In this document: piece by piece, positions 26,279 to 35,862 of the stretch
How the letters are laid out: the number at the start of each line of letters is the position of its first letter
Numbering within the stretch: position 1 is the first letter of the stretch
Assembly: GCA_028282645.1 (NCBI GenBank)
Contig: JANQHM010000169.1
Location: forward strand, 1 to 49,249
DNA length: 49,249 nt
Origin: Candidatus Gastranaerophilales bacterium
GTDB lineage: Bacteria > Cyanobacteriota > Vampirovibrionia > Gastranaerophilales > JANQFW01
Reading direction: 5' to 3'
The notes under the pieces: model-generated
What the model saw: the letters and a program-made list of their open reading frames with translations, nothing else
The model's database searches: none
Told to the model about the DNA's origin: nothing
Program-made: the position numbers and the translations under genes

Positions 26279-28312
26279 TTAATCATCATCGTCATCACTT
26301 AATAAGTCATCAATCGTGGCCTTTTTTGGAGAAGGTGAATAGCTGTCTTCAAAGCTTGAACGTGGTGCTTTCTGTGTCAACTTGCTCTTAAAATACCCTA
26401 ATGCACCTTGCTTACCCCAGTTTTTAGCGTTTAATTCTGTTTTGCAAAGTGTTTTTCTTGCAATATCCTGGTCAACGTCATAAATAGCTTCTTTCACGTC
26501 ATTAGCTTTTATATTTTTATCTAGTCGTTTTAAATTATAAACCATAGCATCCTCAAAGCTGCGCTCAGGCACAGAAGGAAATTTGTCAATACCGTCTTGG
26601 CTGGTCATAATAGGCGGACGAGGAAACTTAACAAAAATATACTGGTTAAAATGCGGATGTCTAATAAGCAGCTTACCCTTTTCAAGGGTAGTAAGCTCGG
26701 CTTTAATACTCGAAGGCATTACACTATAACCTTGAGTAGATAGCTCATCCATATCCATACGTCCATAGACGCTAGTACCACAGTTACCAACGATTCTTTT
26801 GTTAACCTGAGACTTGAACTGTTGCGCGGAAAACAACACTAGGCCGAGATATCTTCCCCTCTCAGATATTTCAAGCAAGGTTTGCTTTAGATACGAGTTA
26901 CCACAATCATTAGAAGCATATTTATTAAGCTCATCCACAAACACAACAACTTTTTTAACCCCAAGTGCCTTTTTCTCGAGTAGTTCTCTAAGCTTTTCAA
27001 CCGCTCTTGTAAATACCAGGTCCTGTCCCAGGGGACTAACACCTGCAACGTCGATAACATAGATAGTCCTGTCTTTAAATTCACCCCAGGGTAAATCACT
27101 ACTGTCAGAATCATTCCCAACAAGGCCTTCGCACCTGTAAGTAATGTTCGTCAGCCTATTGTGGACTTTCCTAATGGTTGGTATAGCGTGTCCTCTCCAA
27201 CTGGATTTGCCTTCACCTTCCTCTGTATCATTTAAAACCCGCTGGAACCACTCGTTAAGATCGTTAAAATTCTGTATTTTTTTATGCAGCAAATAATGAG
27301 AGTCAAGCTTGTCCTGATTAATAATTTTTTCTTTCATAAACTGCAAAAACCCATCCGCTTTTGCATCTACATCATCTTTATTCATTAAAACATTTACATA
27401 ATCGAAAATATCAGTTAAGTTCCAGCTCAAAGGCTTAACATTATAGCTGATTTCCTCGTTTGTTCTTAAGGTATTCAAGTTAATTTTATCAGCTTTATAT
27501 GGTGCATAATATTCAACATTTTCAAAGGGTTTTGGTTCCAGTTTAAGTTTTCTGTACATTTCCAGCTCTTCTTGGGATAATTCAACAGCCGGCTGATCTA
27601 AAAACAATAAGTCAGGCCCTTTTACGTTGAATAAAACAGCAGCCACGCCCTCGTCATCCTTATCGTCTTTATGGTATTGGAAGATACTGGTTAACAAGAA
27701 TTGTACAATACTGGTCTTAGTTGCCAAGCCCGATACACCCGTAACATTAAGGTGAGCAGCTTCAGGGCCTAGTAAAAACCTGGAATCAAGATATACAGGA
27801 GAATAATTATCACCGTTAGTATAAAGCCCGACCGGTATGCCTGTTTTATCCGCATAACCGTCCATTCGTAGGGACTCTTTAATATCAGCATCGTCCGCCA
27901 AATAAATATTACCTATAGATACCGGCTGAATAGGCTCTTCAGGTATCATTTTAAGCGTTGAAGCCGTATAATATCTTATTTCAGGACGCTCCGTCTGTGC
28001 GCTGTCACTATATTGCGGGTTCCCCTCAGAACTTATAAAGTCGTGTATAGGTGCAGCCAAGTCAGTATAACTAATGCCTTCCGTTACAATACCGTAGACA
28101 ATGCGGTCAACTTTATTTCCTTTTTTATCAACGACTTGCCTGTCCGCAACAACTTTAACAATCGTGCCTATACCCACAGGCGAATCTAAATTTGTCCAAA
28201 AGCTAAAAGACTGTGCCGTATTAGGATTTTTTTCCGTAGCAATTACTCTGCCTACAGCTTTATTATGTACATATTTAAGTTGATCCTCTATTGATTCTAA
28301 ACTTGGATGCAT
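26279..28312 (-). CDS. herA: HerA-like hexameric ATPase/translocase (FtsK-HerA superfamily) with a non-canonical P-loop
   Basis: N-terminal HAS-barrel-like segment (GRVIATEKNP..FSFW......VGIGTIVKV). P-loop position reads VTGVSGLATKTS. Walker B VVVFVDELNKYA. Genomic pairing with nurA. Acidic tail DDLLSDDDDD. Confidence 0.75.
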   Translation of the reverse strand: MHPSLESIEDQLKYVHNKAVGRVIATEKNPNTAQSFSFWTNLDSPVGIGTIVKVVADRQVVDKKGNKVDRIVYGIVTEGISYTDLAAPIHDFISSEGNPQYSDSAQTERPEIRYYTASTLKMIPEEPIQPVSIGNIYLADDADIKESLRMDGYADKTGIPVGLYTNGDNYSPVYLDSRFLLGPEAAHLNVTGVSGLATKTSIVQFLLTSIFQYHKDDKDDEGVAAVLFNVKGPDLLFLDQPAVELSQEELEMYRKLKLEPKPFENVEYYAPYKADKINLNTLRTNEEISYNVKPLSWNLTDIFDYVNVLMNKDDVDAKADGFLQFMKEKIINQDKLDSHYLLHKKIQNFNDLNEWFQRVLNDTEEGEGKSSWRGHAIPTIRKVHNRLTNITYRCEGLVGNDSDSSDLPWGEFKDRTIYVIDVAGVSPLGQDLVFTRAVEKLRELLEKKALGVKKVVVFVDELNKYASNDCGNSYLKQTLLEISERGRYLGLVLFSAQQFKSQVNKRIVGNCGTSVYGRMDMDELSTQGYSVMPSSIKAELTTLEKGKLLIRHPHFNQYIFVKFPRPPIMTSQDGIDKFPSVPERSFEDAMVYNLKRLDKNIKANDVKEAIYDVDQDIARKTLCKTELNAKNWGKQGALGYFKSKLTQKAPRSSFEDSYSPSPKKATIDDLLSDDDDD

Positions 28313-28325
28313 ATATTACCTCACT

Positions 28326-29378
28326 TTAAGCAAATGCAAGACTTTCAAGTAAAGTCCAGCTTGGAGCTTTACATTTTAAATAATCTTCACAATATTTAAT
28401 AGGATAAATCATCCTGTCCCATCGAGATTCAGGAAATGCAATCGGGTTAGCTTCCAGCAATATCCAGCTGCTGATTTCGTCCACTTTGGATAGTAAGTCT
28501 GCCCTGTCAGGTATTTCAACCCGTATAATACCAAAGTCCATCTTGCCGTAGTTTTTATCCGAATGCAATCTTAAATACCAGCTAAAAACCTTTTCAGGAG
28601 TATTTTTAAATCTTCTTTTGGGCCTAAAAGCACAAGAACGCTCACCCTTTTTTATATTATAGATGCGGCATAGTTTTTCATAATCAAAGTACTGTACGTT
28701 ATGAGACTTAATAACACCTACTACATTAGCTTTTTTCATTAATTCACTGCTAATATTAGTAAGCCCGCCGTCAACATATAGCCAATCATCAGAGTTTTTA
28801 AACTCCAGTGCCCACTCATTAGCCATTGTTGACTCCATATGCCTTCTGTTCTCCTGAATTGCACTGTGCGCTTTTTTCTCAAACTCTTCCGGCATTAAAG
28901 GATAGTCAGATTCCCCCTTTGCTTTTATGCCTATATTTATAGGATTTATATTATAATCTTTAAAATCTTCAGCTTCTAAATAAAACTCAGGCTCGTCCCC
29001 GTTGAATTTAAACGGTAAATAAATATTCTCTTCCGCTCTTTTCAGACCTATTGAGTGCATTTTTTTATCAGTACGCTTCATTATTACAGCAGACATATAG
29101 CCGTAAGTAAAGGGAATAAAGTTATAATACATCAAAATACGCTTTTTTTCTATTCCATCCAAAAAATAATTGAACTTCGACCCACTTGCACTGACCTTAA
29201 TTTTTTTTGTACAAAATGCCCCATTATCTTCTACTATCTGAGCCTCCACATACTCAGTCTCTTGAGGTTGATATTTGGCAAAATCAAAATCTTGGTTACC
29301 ATTCGCACGATTAACACGAATATTTTTCCCCGCTTGCCTTTGCTCCTTTATATATTGAGAAAATTTTTTTAGTAGCAC
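28326..29378 (-). CDS. nurA: NurA-family 5'-3' nuclease
   Basis: NurA-like landmarks FLDGIEK (first catalytic Asp context), WLYVDGGL, VVGVIKSH, FSWYLRL, IIRVEIP, YPIKYCEDYLK. GTG start; exact start uncertain. Confidence 0.7.
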   Translation of the reverse strand: MLLKKFSQYIKEQRQAGKNIRVNRANGNQDFDFAKYQPQETEYVEAQIVEDNGAFCTKKIKVSASGSKFNYFLDGIEKKRILMYYNFIPFTYGYMSAVIMKRTDKKMHSIGLKRAEENIYLPFKFNGDEPEFYLEAEDFKDYNINPINIGIKAKGESDYPLMPEEFEKKAHSAIQENRRHMESTMANEWALEFKNSDDWLYVDGGLTNISSELMKKANVVGVIKSHNVQYFDYEKLCRIYNIKKGERSCAFRPKRRFKNTPEKVFSWYLRLHSDKNYGKMDFGIIRVEIPDRADLLSKVDEISSWILLEANPIAFPESRWDRMIYPIKYCEDYLKCKAPSWTLLESLAFA

Positions 29379-29511
29379 TTGTTCAACACCAAATTTTACC
29401 CCTTATTTATTTAACTACGAATTTAAAAATAAGTCAATTGAAGAGCCAAGCAGTAAATATTTTCCCGGTACCAAAGGTTATGAGGAAGAAGCCAAAAAAT
29501 TAAACCAAAAA

Positions 29512-32500
29512 TTATTTATGGATTCTAAGGTCGTAAGCTTCTTGATTTACAGGTATCTCAACAGAAAATGTACTCCCTTTGCCCAGTATACTTTCAACTT
29601 TTATTGTACCATTATGCAATCCTATAATTGTTTTTGCGATAGACAGACCCAGTCCCGAGCCTTTTATATTTTCATTTTTTCCGACTTGTCCTCTATGAAA
29701 CCTTTCAAATATTTTTGCAAGAGATTCCTTTTCAATACCCCAACCTTTATCAATAATGTTTATTTGTAGCAAATCTTCATTCAGCTTTGTTTTTATATTT
29801 ATAACTTTATTGTTGTCACTGTATAGTATTGAATTTTTTAATAAATTCGTGAACACTTGCTGGATAGAGATTGGGCTAACAACTATATCAATATCTTTTT
29901 TATCATATTTTATTTTTATATTTTTTTCTTGAGCGATTGGGGTTAAAAATTCAATAGAATCTTCAATTAAATTTTTTATATTAATTTTAAAAAAAATTAA
30001 TTTTTCATTTTTATCTTCTAATTTACTCAAAGAAAGCAAATTATTAATAATTTCTTCCATTTGTATACTATAGTTGTATATTGTTTGATGGGCCTGTTTA
30101 ATGCCTTTACCTTCAAAACAGTTTGTCAACAATGCTTCAGAATAGCCTTTTATAACTGCGACCGGCGTTTTTAATTCGTGTGAAACATTTGATATGAATT
30201 GAGCCTGATTATATAAATTAGAATTATGAAGTGCTAATAGCAGATTTTCGGCTATTTTATCCAATAAATAAATATCTTCTTCTTCCCAGCTAATGTTGCC
30301 CCTGTTATATACGCAAAAGACAGCCACTCTTTGGTCATTTAAATATAAATTTTTGCATAACAATTGTTTAAAAAAACTATTATCTTTTTGTCTATTCATT
30401 AATAATTTAAAATCTGAATTATTAAACTTAAAACATTCTGATTTTGAGCTTTTATTAAATAATTTTAGCCTTGCTCCGTTATCAACGCTTAGTATATTAT
30501 TTTTTGAGCTTGAATATATACTACATTTTATATCATCAAATTTTCTAAGCTGAATAAAGTCAAGGTCAAAATACTGCTGTACGGAGGATATTATTAATGT
30601 AAATATTTCATCCGGATTATAGCTGCTTTTAACAATTGACGTTATTTTAGATAAAAATTGTTCTCTTTTATGCCTGTTTTTTTCCAGTTCGTATAATTTG
30701 GCTTGATAAAGTGCTGTTCCCACTTGTTCCATCAAGTGTTTTATAAAATTTTTATCATTATCAGAAAATTCTTTTTCTTTAGTAAAGTGAATCGATAATG
30801 TTCCCATAAATTCATTTTTATGCCAGATAAATGCTAATACAATAGCTTTTAAGCTATTATCAGCTATATAATGATCAGTAAATGTGTTTTTTAAACTATG
30901 ATATTGAGCATAATTATTTAAACTTGGCATAAAAATTATATTGTTTTCTTTATCGGAATATCTTAAAAACCATTTAAGATGTTCTTGTTCAAGCTCTTCT
31001 TCAATATTATAAATATAATTATCATTTGTAGTTTTGCTATATATCGACATAGAGTCAATAGGTTTTATAATTTTTAAGTTAAGATTAGCTTCTCTTATAA
31101 TACATCTGTCTGCATTTAAATATTTGCCTATTGCATCAACAACTTTTTTTTGGGTTTCCTTTAAATTTAAAGAACTTCTAATTGTATTAAATATCTCTCT
31201 AAGAATTATTTCTCTTTCAGCTGTTCTTTTTTCTTTTTCATATTGTTTGGCTTGATAAAGGGCTATAGCTGATTGATTGGCGACTGTTTGCACCAAGTTA
31301 ATTAAATCAGAGGTTATTATTTTATTTTCTTTTGTATAATGAAGCACAAGTCTGCCCAGCACTAAATCTCTATAAATAATTGGTACGCCTATATTTGATT
31401 TTACATTGAATGTTTTATAATGATCTTCCATATCAGTATCATATAAATTTTCGGCTTTAAGATATTCATCCAGATCGGAAAAAATTTTTATTTTTTTTGC
31501 GTCCTCCATGCTGGCAAAGAATGAATACCTGGAATTGTTTTCATTAAGGTTTGTAACACTTTTTTCATCATCAGAATTAAGATATTCGGAATTTTTATCA
31601 ATTCTTTGGAAATGTTTTGTATTTTGATCATAATTAACAATAAAAACCCTATCAGCTTCAAGAGCTTTACCAATAGTAGTTACAATAGTTTTTTTCACCT
31701 CAGAAATATTCAAAGTGCTTCTTACTGAAGTGATTATCTCTCTTAATAACTTTTCCCTCTCTTCCGACTGTTTTGTTTCATTAAAAAGCTTTGCTTGATG
31801 CAGAGCAATTCCGGTTTGTCCGGCTAGTACCCTTATAAAATTTACATCTTCTTCTGTATATTCAGATTTTTGTTTGGTGTAGGCAATTCCAAGTATTCCC
31901 AAAACCTGGCTGGCATAATAAATTGGTATATTTATGCTTGATTTAACCTCTAAATCCACTAAAAGCTTTTTTACAGAACTATTTTCAAGGTTATTTTTTT
32001 TAAGGAAAATATCTGTATCTTTCCAGTTTGTTTCTTTTTTTAACTCAAAGAGATTAAAAAAATATTTTGCGCCTTCACTATAAGGATCTAAAGTCTTTAA
32101 ACTGATTTCATCAGGACCGGATAAGTATTCCGAATTTTCATCTATAGGTAAAAAAGTTTCGCTTTGTGTGTCTACTTCAAAAATATAACATCTGTTAGCT
32201 CCAAAAACTTTGCCTGTTTCATTAACAATATTCTGTTTAACCTTATTAATATCAAGAGATCCCTTTACAACAGCAATTATATTTCTTAGAGCTGTTTCTC
32301 TATCGGCTATATTTTTTAATTTATTTTTATAAATTTCTTTTTCAATTTGAATAAATAATCTTTCTGCTGTTGTTTTTATAATTTGCAAATCTTCTGGTGC
32401 AAGTATCTTTTTTTCTTTTGTATAATGACAAACAATTGCACCTATTAAATTTTCACCGTTAAATATGGAAAAACAATAATTTGATTTAATATTTAATAAT

Positions 32501-32922
32501 TCGACAAAAGTTTTTTTTATTTCTTTATCATTTATTTCGTAAAGAAAATTTTCAATATCCGGAATTATAAAAACGCCTCCGTTTTTATAATTTTTTAGTA
32601 TTAATTCATTTAAAGAACCTTTAAAGTTATAGTCAATCATAGAAAATTCATCTTTTGAAGAAAGATATTCTGAAAAAGGATCAACTAATTCAAAGCCGTC
32701 TATATTTTTATTAAAAATTCTGAGAAAGCACCTGTTAAGTCCGAAAGTCTGCCCGACTAAGTTTACTATTTCCTTTTTCAATGTGCATATGTCATTATTA
32801 TATTTAATAAAAATATCCGTAATATTTTTTAACAGGTTAATTTCTTGATCTTTATCCAATACCGATGCAGTATTTTTAATTAATTTGTGATTACTTAATT
32901 CATTAAAGTTTAATATAGCCAA
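29512..32922 (-). CDS. Cytoplasmic sensor histidine kinase with five tandem GAF-like domains
   Basis: No TM segments. Five repeats of the pattern (coiled linker ..ALYQAK.Y..E...ERE..LREI...IRSSL.....K..V..IG..L.ADRC.I) then H-box SHELKTPVAVIKGYSE, N-box LLKNSILYS, G1 DKGWGI, G2 GSGLGLSI. TTG start with an AAGGA RBS. Confidence 0.85.
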   Translation of the reverse strand: MAILNFNELSNHKLIKNTASVLDKDQEINLLKNITDIFIKYNNDICTLKKEIVNLVGQTFGLNRCFLRIFNKNIDGFELVDPFSEYLSSKDEFSMIDYNFKGSLNELILKNYKNGGVFIIPDIENFLYEINDKEIKKTFVELLNIKSNYCFSIFNGENLIGAIVCHYTKEKKILAPEDLQIIKTTAERLFIQIEKEIYKNKLKNIADRETALRNIIAVVKGSLDINKVKQNIVNETGKVFGANRCYIFEVDTQSETFLPIDENSEYLSGPDEISLKTLDPYSEGAKYFFNLFELKKETNWKDTDIFLKKNNLENSSVKKLLVDLEVKSSINIPIYYASQVLGILGIAYTKQKSEYTEEDVNFIRVLAGQTGIALHQAKLFNETKQSEEREKLLREIITSVRSTLNISEVKKTIVTTIGKALEADRVFIVNYDQNTKHFQRIDKNSEYLNSDDEKSVTNLNENNSRYSFFASMEDAKKIKIFSDLDEYLKAENLYDTDMEDHYKTFNVKSNIGVPIIYRDLVLGRLVLHYTKENKIITSDLINLVQTVANQSAIALYQAKQYEKEKRTAEREIILREIFNTIRSSLNLKETQKKVVDAIGKYLNADRCIIREANLNLKIIKPIDSMSIYSKTTNDNYIYNIEEELEQEHLKWFLRYSDKENNIIFMPSLNNYAQYHSLKNTFTDHYIADNSLKAIVLAFIWHKNEFMGTLSIHFTKEKEFSDNDKNFIKHLMEQVGTALYQAKLYELEKNRHKREQFLSKITSIVKSSYNPDEIFTLIISSVQQYFDLDFIQLRKFDDIKCSIYSSSKNNILSVDNGARLKLFNKSSKSECFKFNNSDFKLLMNRQKDNSFFKQLLCKNLYLNDQRVAVFCVYNRGNISWEEEDIYLLDKIAENLLLALHNSNLYNQAQFISNVSHELKTPVAVIKGYSEALLTNCFEGKGIKQAHQTIYNYSIQMEEIINNLLSLSKLEDKNEKLIFFKINIKNLIEDSIEFLTPIAQEKNIKIKYDKKDIDIVVSPISIQQVFTNLLKNSILYSDNNKVINIKTKLNEDLLQINIIDKGWGIEKESLAKIFERFHRGQVGKNENIKGSGLGLSIAKTIIGLHNGTIKVESILGKGSTFSVEIPVNQEAYDLRIHK

Positions 32923-32933
32923 TATTACAATCC

Positions 32934-33614
32934 TTATTTACACCTAAACATGTATCCTGCTCCATATACTGATACAATAAGTTTAGCATAAGATTTTAAC
33001 TTTTTTCTGATTTTTGCTATAACAGTATCAATAGCCCTGTCACCCACATTATCAGAATGTTCATTAGTTGCCTCAAGTATTTGCTCTCTTGATAAAACTT
33101 TATTTTTATTATTAATCAAATATAGTAATGTTTTAAACTCATGACTGCTTAAATTGCTATCAATTCCATCTACAAAAACTTGCAAAGAGTCTTCGTTTAT
33201 TTCTAATCCTTCGATATTTATTTTTTCTGCGTCATTTAGGTAATCATATTTTCTTAATGCTGCTTTTACTCTTGCCAATAATATATTTTGACTAAATGGT
33301 TTTGTTATATAATCATCAAATCCAATATTTAAACCATTTACTATATCAAATTCATTATCCCTTGCTGTCAATGCTATTATAGGTTTTTGACGATAAATCA
33401 GGTTTGATTTCAATATTTTACATATTTCAATGCCGCTAATAGTTGGCAATTGTAAATCTAATAAAATAAGATCAATGTTTATTTTTAAATATATATCTAA
33501 AAACTCATCACCATTGTTGAATAAATATGTTTCAAATCCGGCTTTATTTAATAAAATTTTTAAAAGATTACTTAATTCTAAATTATCTTCTACTATAGCT
33601 ATTGAATAACTCAT
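32934..33614 (-). CDS. OmpR/PhoB-family response regulator
   Basis: Receiver domain (IAIVEDN...LILLDLQLP..SG......K) plus a winged-helix output (LS..EF.TLLYL..N.N.VLSREQIL.....DRAIDT.I.KIRKKL). Confidence 0.9.
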   Translation of the reverse strand: MSYSIAIVEDNLELSNLLKILLNKAGFETYLFNNGDEFLDIYLKINIDLILLDLQLPTISGIEICKILKSNLIYRQKPIIALTARDNEFDIVNGLNIGFDDYITKPFSQNILLARVKAALRKYDYLNDAEKINIEGLEINEDSLQVFVDGIDSNLSSHEFKTLLYLINNKNKVLSREQILEATNEHSDNVGDRAIDTVIAKIRKKLKSYAKLIVSVYGAGYMFRCK

Positions 33615-33925
33615 TTTAAAATCCCAGGTACAACTTATCTAAAAAACGTTTAATTTAAAAATTATTTTTATTCGAAATATAAAAACTACTCTCACTAAAT
33701 AAATTTAAAGATTATCAGTTATTTTAAAATATTCATACATACATTATAGTACAATTAAACTATTTAGACTACTTAAAAAATTTAAAGTTTTATCGATAGG
33801 TTTTTAAGGATTATTACCTACTTAAAACTTATTTTTACTTCTTAAATGTTTTTATGATTTGCTTAAACTTATTTTATATTTTATAATTTATTCAGGTATA
33901 TATAATTAGATTGGAGGATTGAGTA

Positions 33926-34273
33926 GTGAAGGGATATAACTTTCATAAAATGTTAAAGCAAGCGCAGGATATGCAAAAGCAAATGGAAAGCACTCAACAA
34001 GAATTAGAAGGTATAGAAGTTGAGGGTGTTGCAGGTGGTGGAGTTATAAATATTAAATTTAACGCGAAAAACGATCCTTTATCCGTAAAAATAAAGCCTG
34101 AAGCAATTAACCCGGAGGCTCCCGAAAGTGTGGATGAAGAAACAATAGAAATGCTTGAGGATTTATTCCTGAGTGCTTTAAAAGATGCAAAAATAAAGAT
34201 TGACGGACTAGTTGAAGAAAAAATGTCATCAGTAACCGGAGGCTTAAATCTTAATATACCCGGATTATTTTAA
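33926..34273 (+). CDS. ybaB: YbaB/EbfC nucleoid-associated protein
   Basis: MLKQAQ.MQ..M...Q.EL....VEG.AGGG...I......D.L.V.I.PE start. Classic ybaB-recR pairing. GTG start with a GGAGG RBS. Confidence 0.85.
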   Translation: MKGYNFHKMLKQAQDMQKQMESTQQELEGIEVEGVAGGGVINIKFNAKNDPLSVKIKPEAINPEAPESVDEETIEMLEDLFLSALKDAKIKIDGLVEEKMSSVTGGLNLNIPGLF

Positions 34274-34275
34274 AT

Positions 34276-34872
34276 ATGAACCTTACCAGACCTTTAGCAA
34301 AGCTAATAGAAGAATTTCAAAAACTACCGGGAATTGGTCCGAAATCAGCGCAGAGAATGGCATTTCACCTGTTAAAAATGCCATACGACGATGTTAAAGC
34401 TTTTTCTCAAGCTGTGATTGATGCCAAAGAAAATATTAAATATTGCAATATATGTTTTAATTTATCATCCATAGCTCCTTGTGAAATATGCTCTGATAAA
34501 TCTAAAACCGACAATATAATATGTGTGGTTTCAGAATCTAAAGATATTATTCCAATTGAAAAAACAAAGGAATTTAACGGAAAATATCACGTATTGCAAG
34601 GGTTGATCTCTCCATTAGATGGCATCGGACCGGAAGAATTAAAAATAAGAGAAATGGTCGAACGCATTGGCAAGGAAAATACACAAGAAGTTATTTTAGC
34701 CTTAAATCCTTCTGTAGAGGGAGAAGCAACCAGCTTATATATAAGTAAGCTTTTAAAGCCTATTGGAGTAAAAGTATCCAGAATAGCATTTGGTTTACCT
34801 GTTGGCGGAGACCTTGAATATGCAGATGAAATGACTCTAGCTAAAGCAATAGAAGGTCGAAGAGAAATATAA
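34276..34872 (+). CDS. recR: Recombination protein RecR
   Basis: [24 protein letters not shown] helix-hairpin-helix. C4 zinc finger CNICFNLSS...CEIC. Toprim VVSESKDI. C-terminal [13 protein letters not shown]. Confidence 0.95.
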   Translation: MNLTRPLAKLIEEFQKLPGIGPKSAQRMAFHLLKMPYDDVKAFSQAVIDAKENIKYCNICFNLSSIAPCEICSDKSKTDNIICVVSESKDIIPIEKTKEFNGKYHVLQGLISPLDGIGPEELKIREMVERIGKENTQEVILALNPSVEGEATSLYISKLLKPIGVKVSRIAFGLPVGGDLEYADEMTLAKAIEGRREI

Positions 34873-34936
34873 TTATAAGTAAGGGAAAAGTTCAAATAAA
34901 TACTTTTTTTACTTTGCTATATCTCTACCGATTTAC

Positions 34937-35854
34937 TTATTTACTTAAAATAATACCAACCCAGCCATCAGCTTCTAAGGTTTCGACAGGAGTAAAGCCA
35001 ATATCATTAGCAGCCTTAATAACCTCCGCCTCTTGTTTTTTGATAATACCACTCAAAACAGTAATACCACCCGAGCTGCAAATATTATATATCTCAGGCA
35101 GAATCTGCATAATTATACGCGCAAGTATATTAACCGTAACAATATCAAAAGTATCTTCAATATCTAGTGCGCTACCCTCGTAGAAAGTCAGGTTTTCGGC
35201 CTTGTTTTTAACAGCGTTTTCTTTAGCAATATCAATAACAGAAGCATCATTATCAACCCCCACACCGAATTTTATTCCAAATTTAGACGCAACTATCGCA
35301 AGTATCCCCGAGCCAGTACCAATATCAGCTAATGTTTTATTCTTAGTCACATATTTTTCCAAAGCTTTAACACATAATTGGCTGGTAGGATGATTTCCCG
35401 CTCCAAAAGCAGTACCGGGATCCAAATAAATTACTATATCATTTTCTTTAGGGGTGTATTTTTCCCAACTGGGACAAACAACTATTCTTTCGCTGATTTT
35501 CTGCACATGCCAGTATTTTTTCCAGTTATGCGCCCAATCTTCATCGGCGATTTCCTTGAAGCTAACATCCCAGCTACCAAGGCTGTAAGGATTGATGCCA
35601 TTATTAATAAGGGCTTCACGTTCTTTCTTAATGATGCTGATAATTTCTTCAAAGTTCGAATTGTACGCCTGATTTTTATCAAACCATATATAGCCCCTAA
35701 GAAGGCCTTTACTCGTTTTAACCACTTTTTCATCTTCAAAATCTTTCTCTTCCGAGACTATGCCGGCACAACCGATTTTTTCTATCAAAACATTGCTTAC
35801 ATACTCACCCCAAACACAGGCTGCATCAACAGCTATCTCAAGATGTTTACCCAT
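34937..35854 (-). CDS. prmA: Ribosomal protein L11 methyltransferase
   Basis: PrmA layout: W...WK.Y......I.V.PSWE, LDPGTAFG.G.HPT, SAM motif DIGTGSGILAI. Confidence 0.85.
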   Translation of the reverse strand: MGKHLEIAVDAACVWGEYVSNVLIEKIGCAGIVSEEKDFEDEKVVKTSKGLLRGYIWFDKNQAYNSNFEEIISIIKKEREALINNGINPYSLGSWDVSFKEIADEDWAHNWKKYWHVQKISERIVVCPSWEKYTPKENDIVIYLDPGTAFGAGNHPTSQLCVKALEKYVTKNKTLADIGTGSGILAIVASKFGIKFGVGVDNDASVIDIAKENAVKNKAENLTFYEGSALDIEDTFDIVTVNILARIIMQILPEIYNICSSGGITVLSGIIKKQEAEVIKAANDIGFTPVETLEADGWVGIILSK

Positions 35855-35862
35855 ACATACAG

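Noticed and set aside
34873-34936. Bidirectional terminator between the convergent recR and prmA genes
   Set aside because: Only an imperfect AAGTAAGGGAAAAGT / ACTTTTTTTACTT pairing that relies on several G:U pairs. Too weak to annotate.
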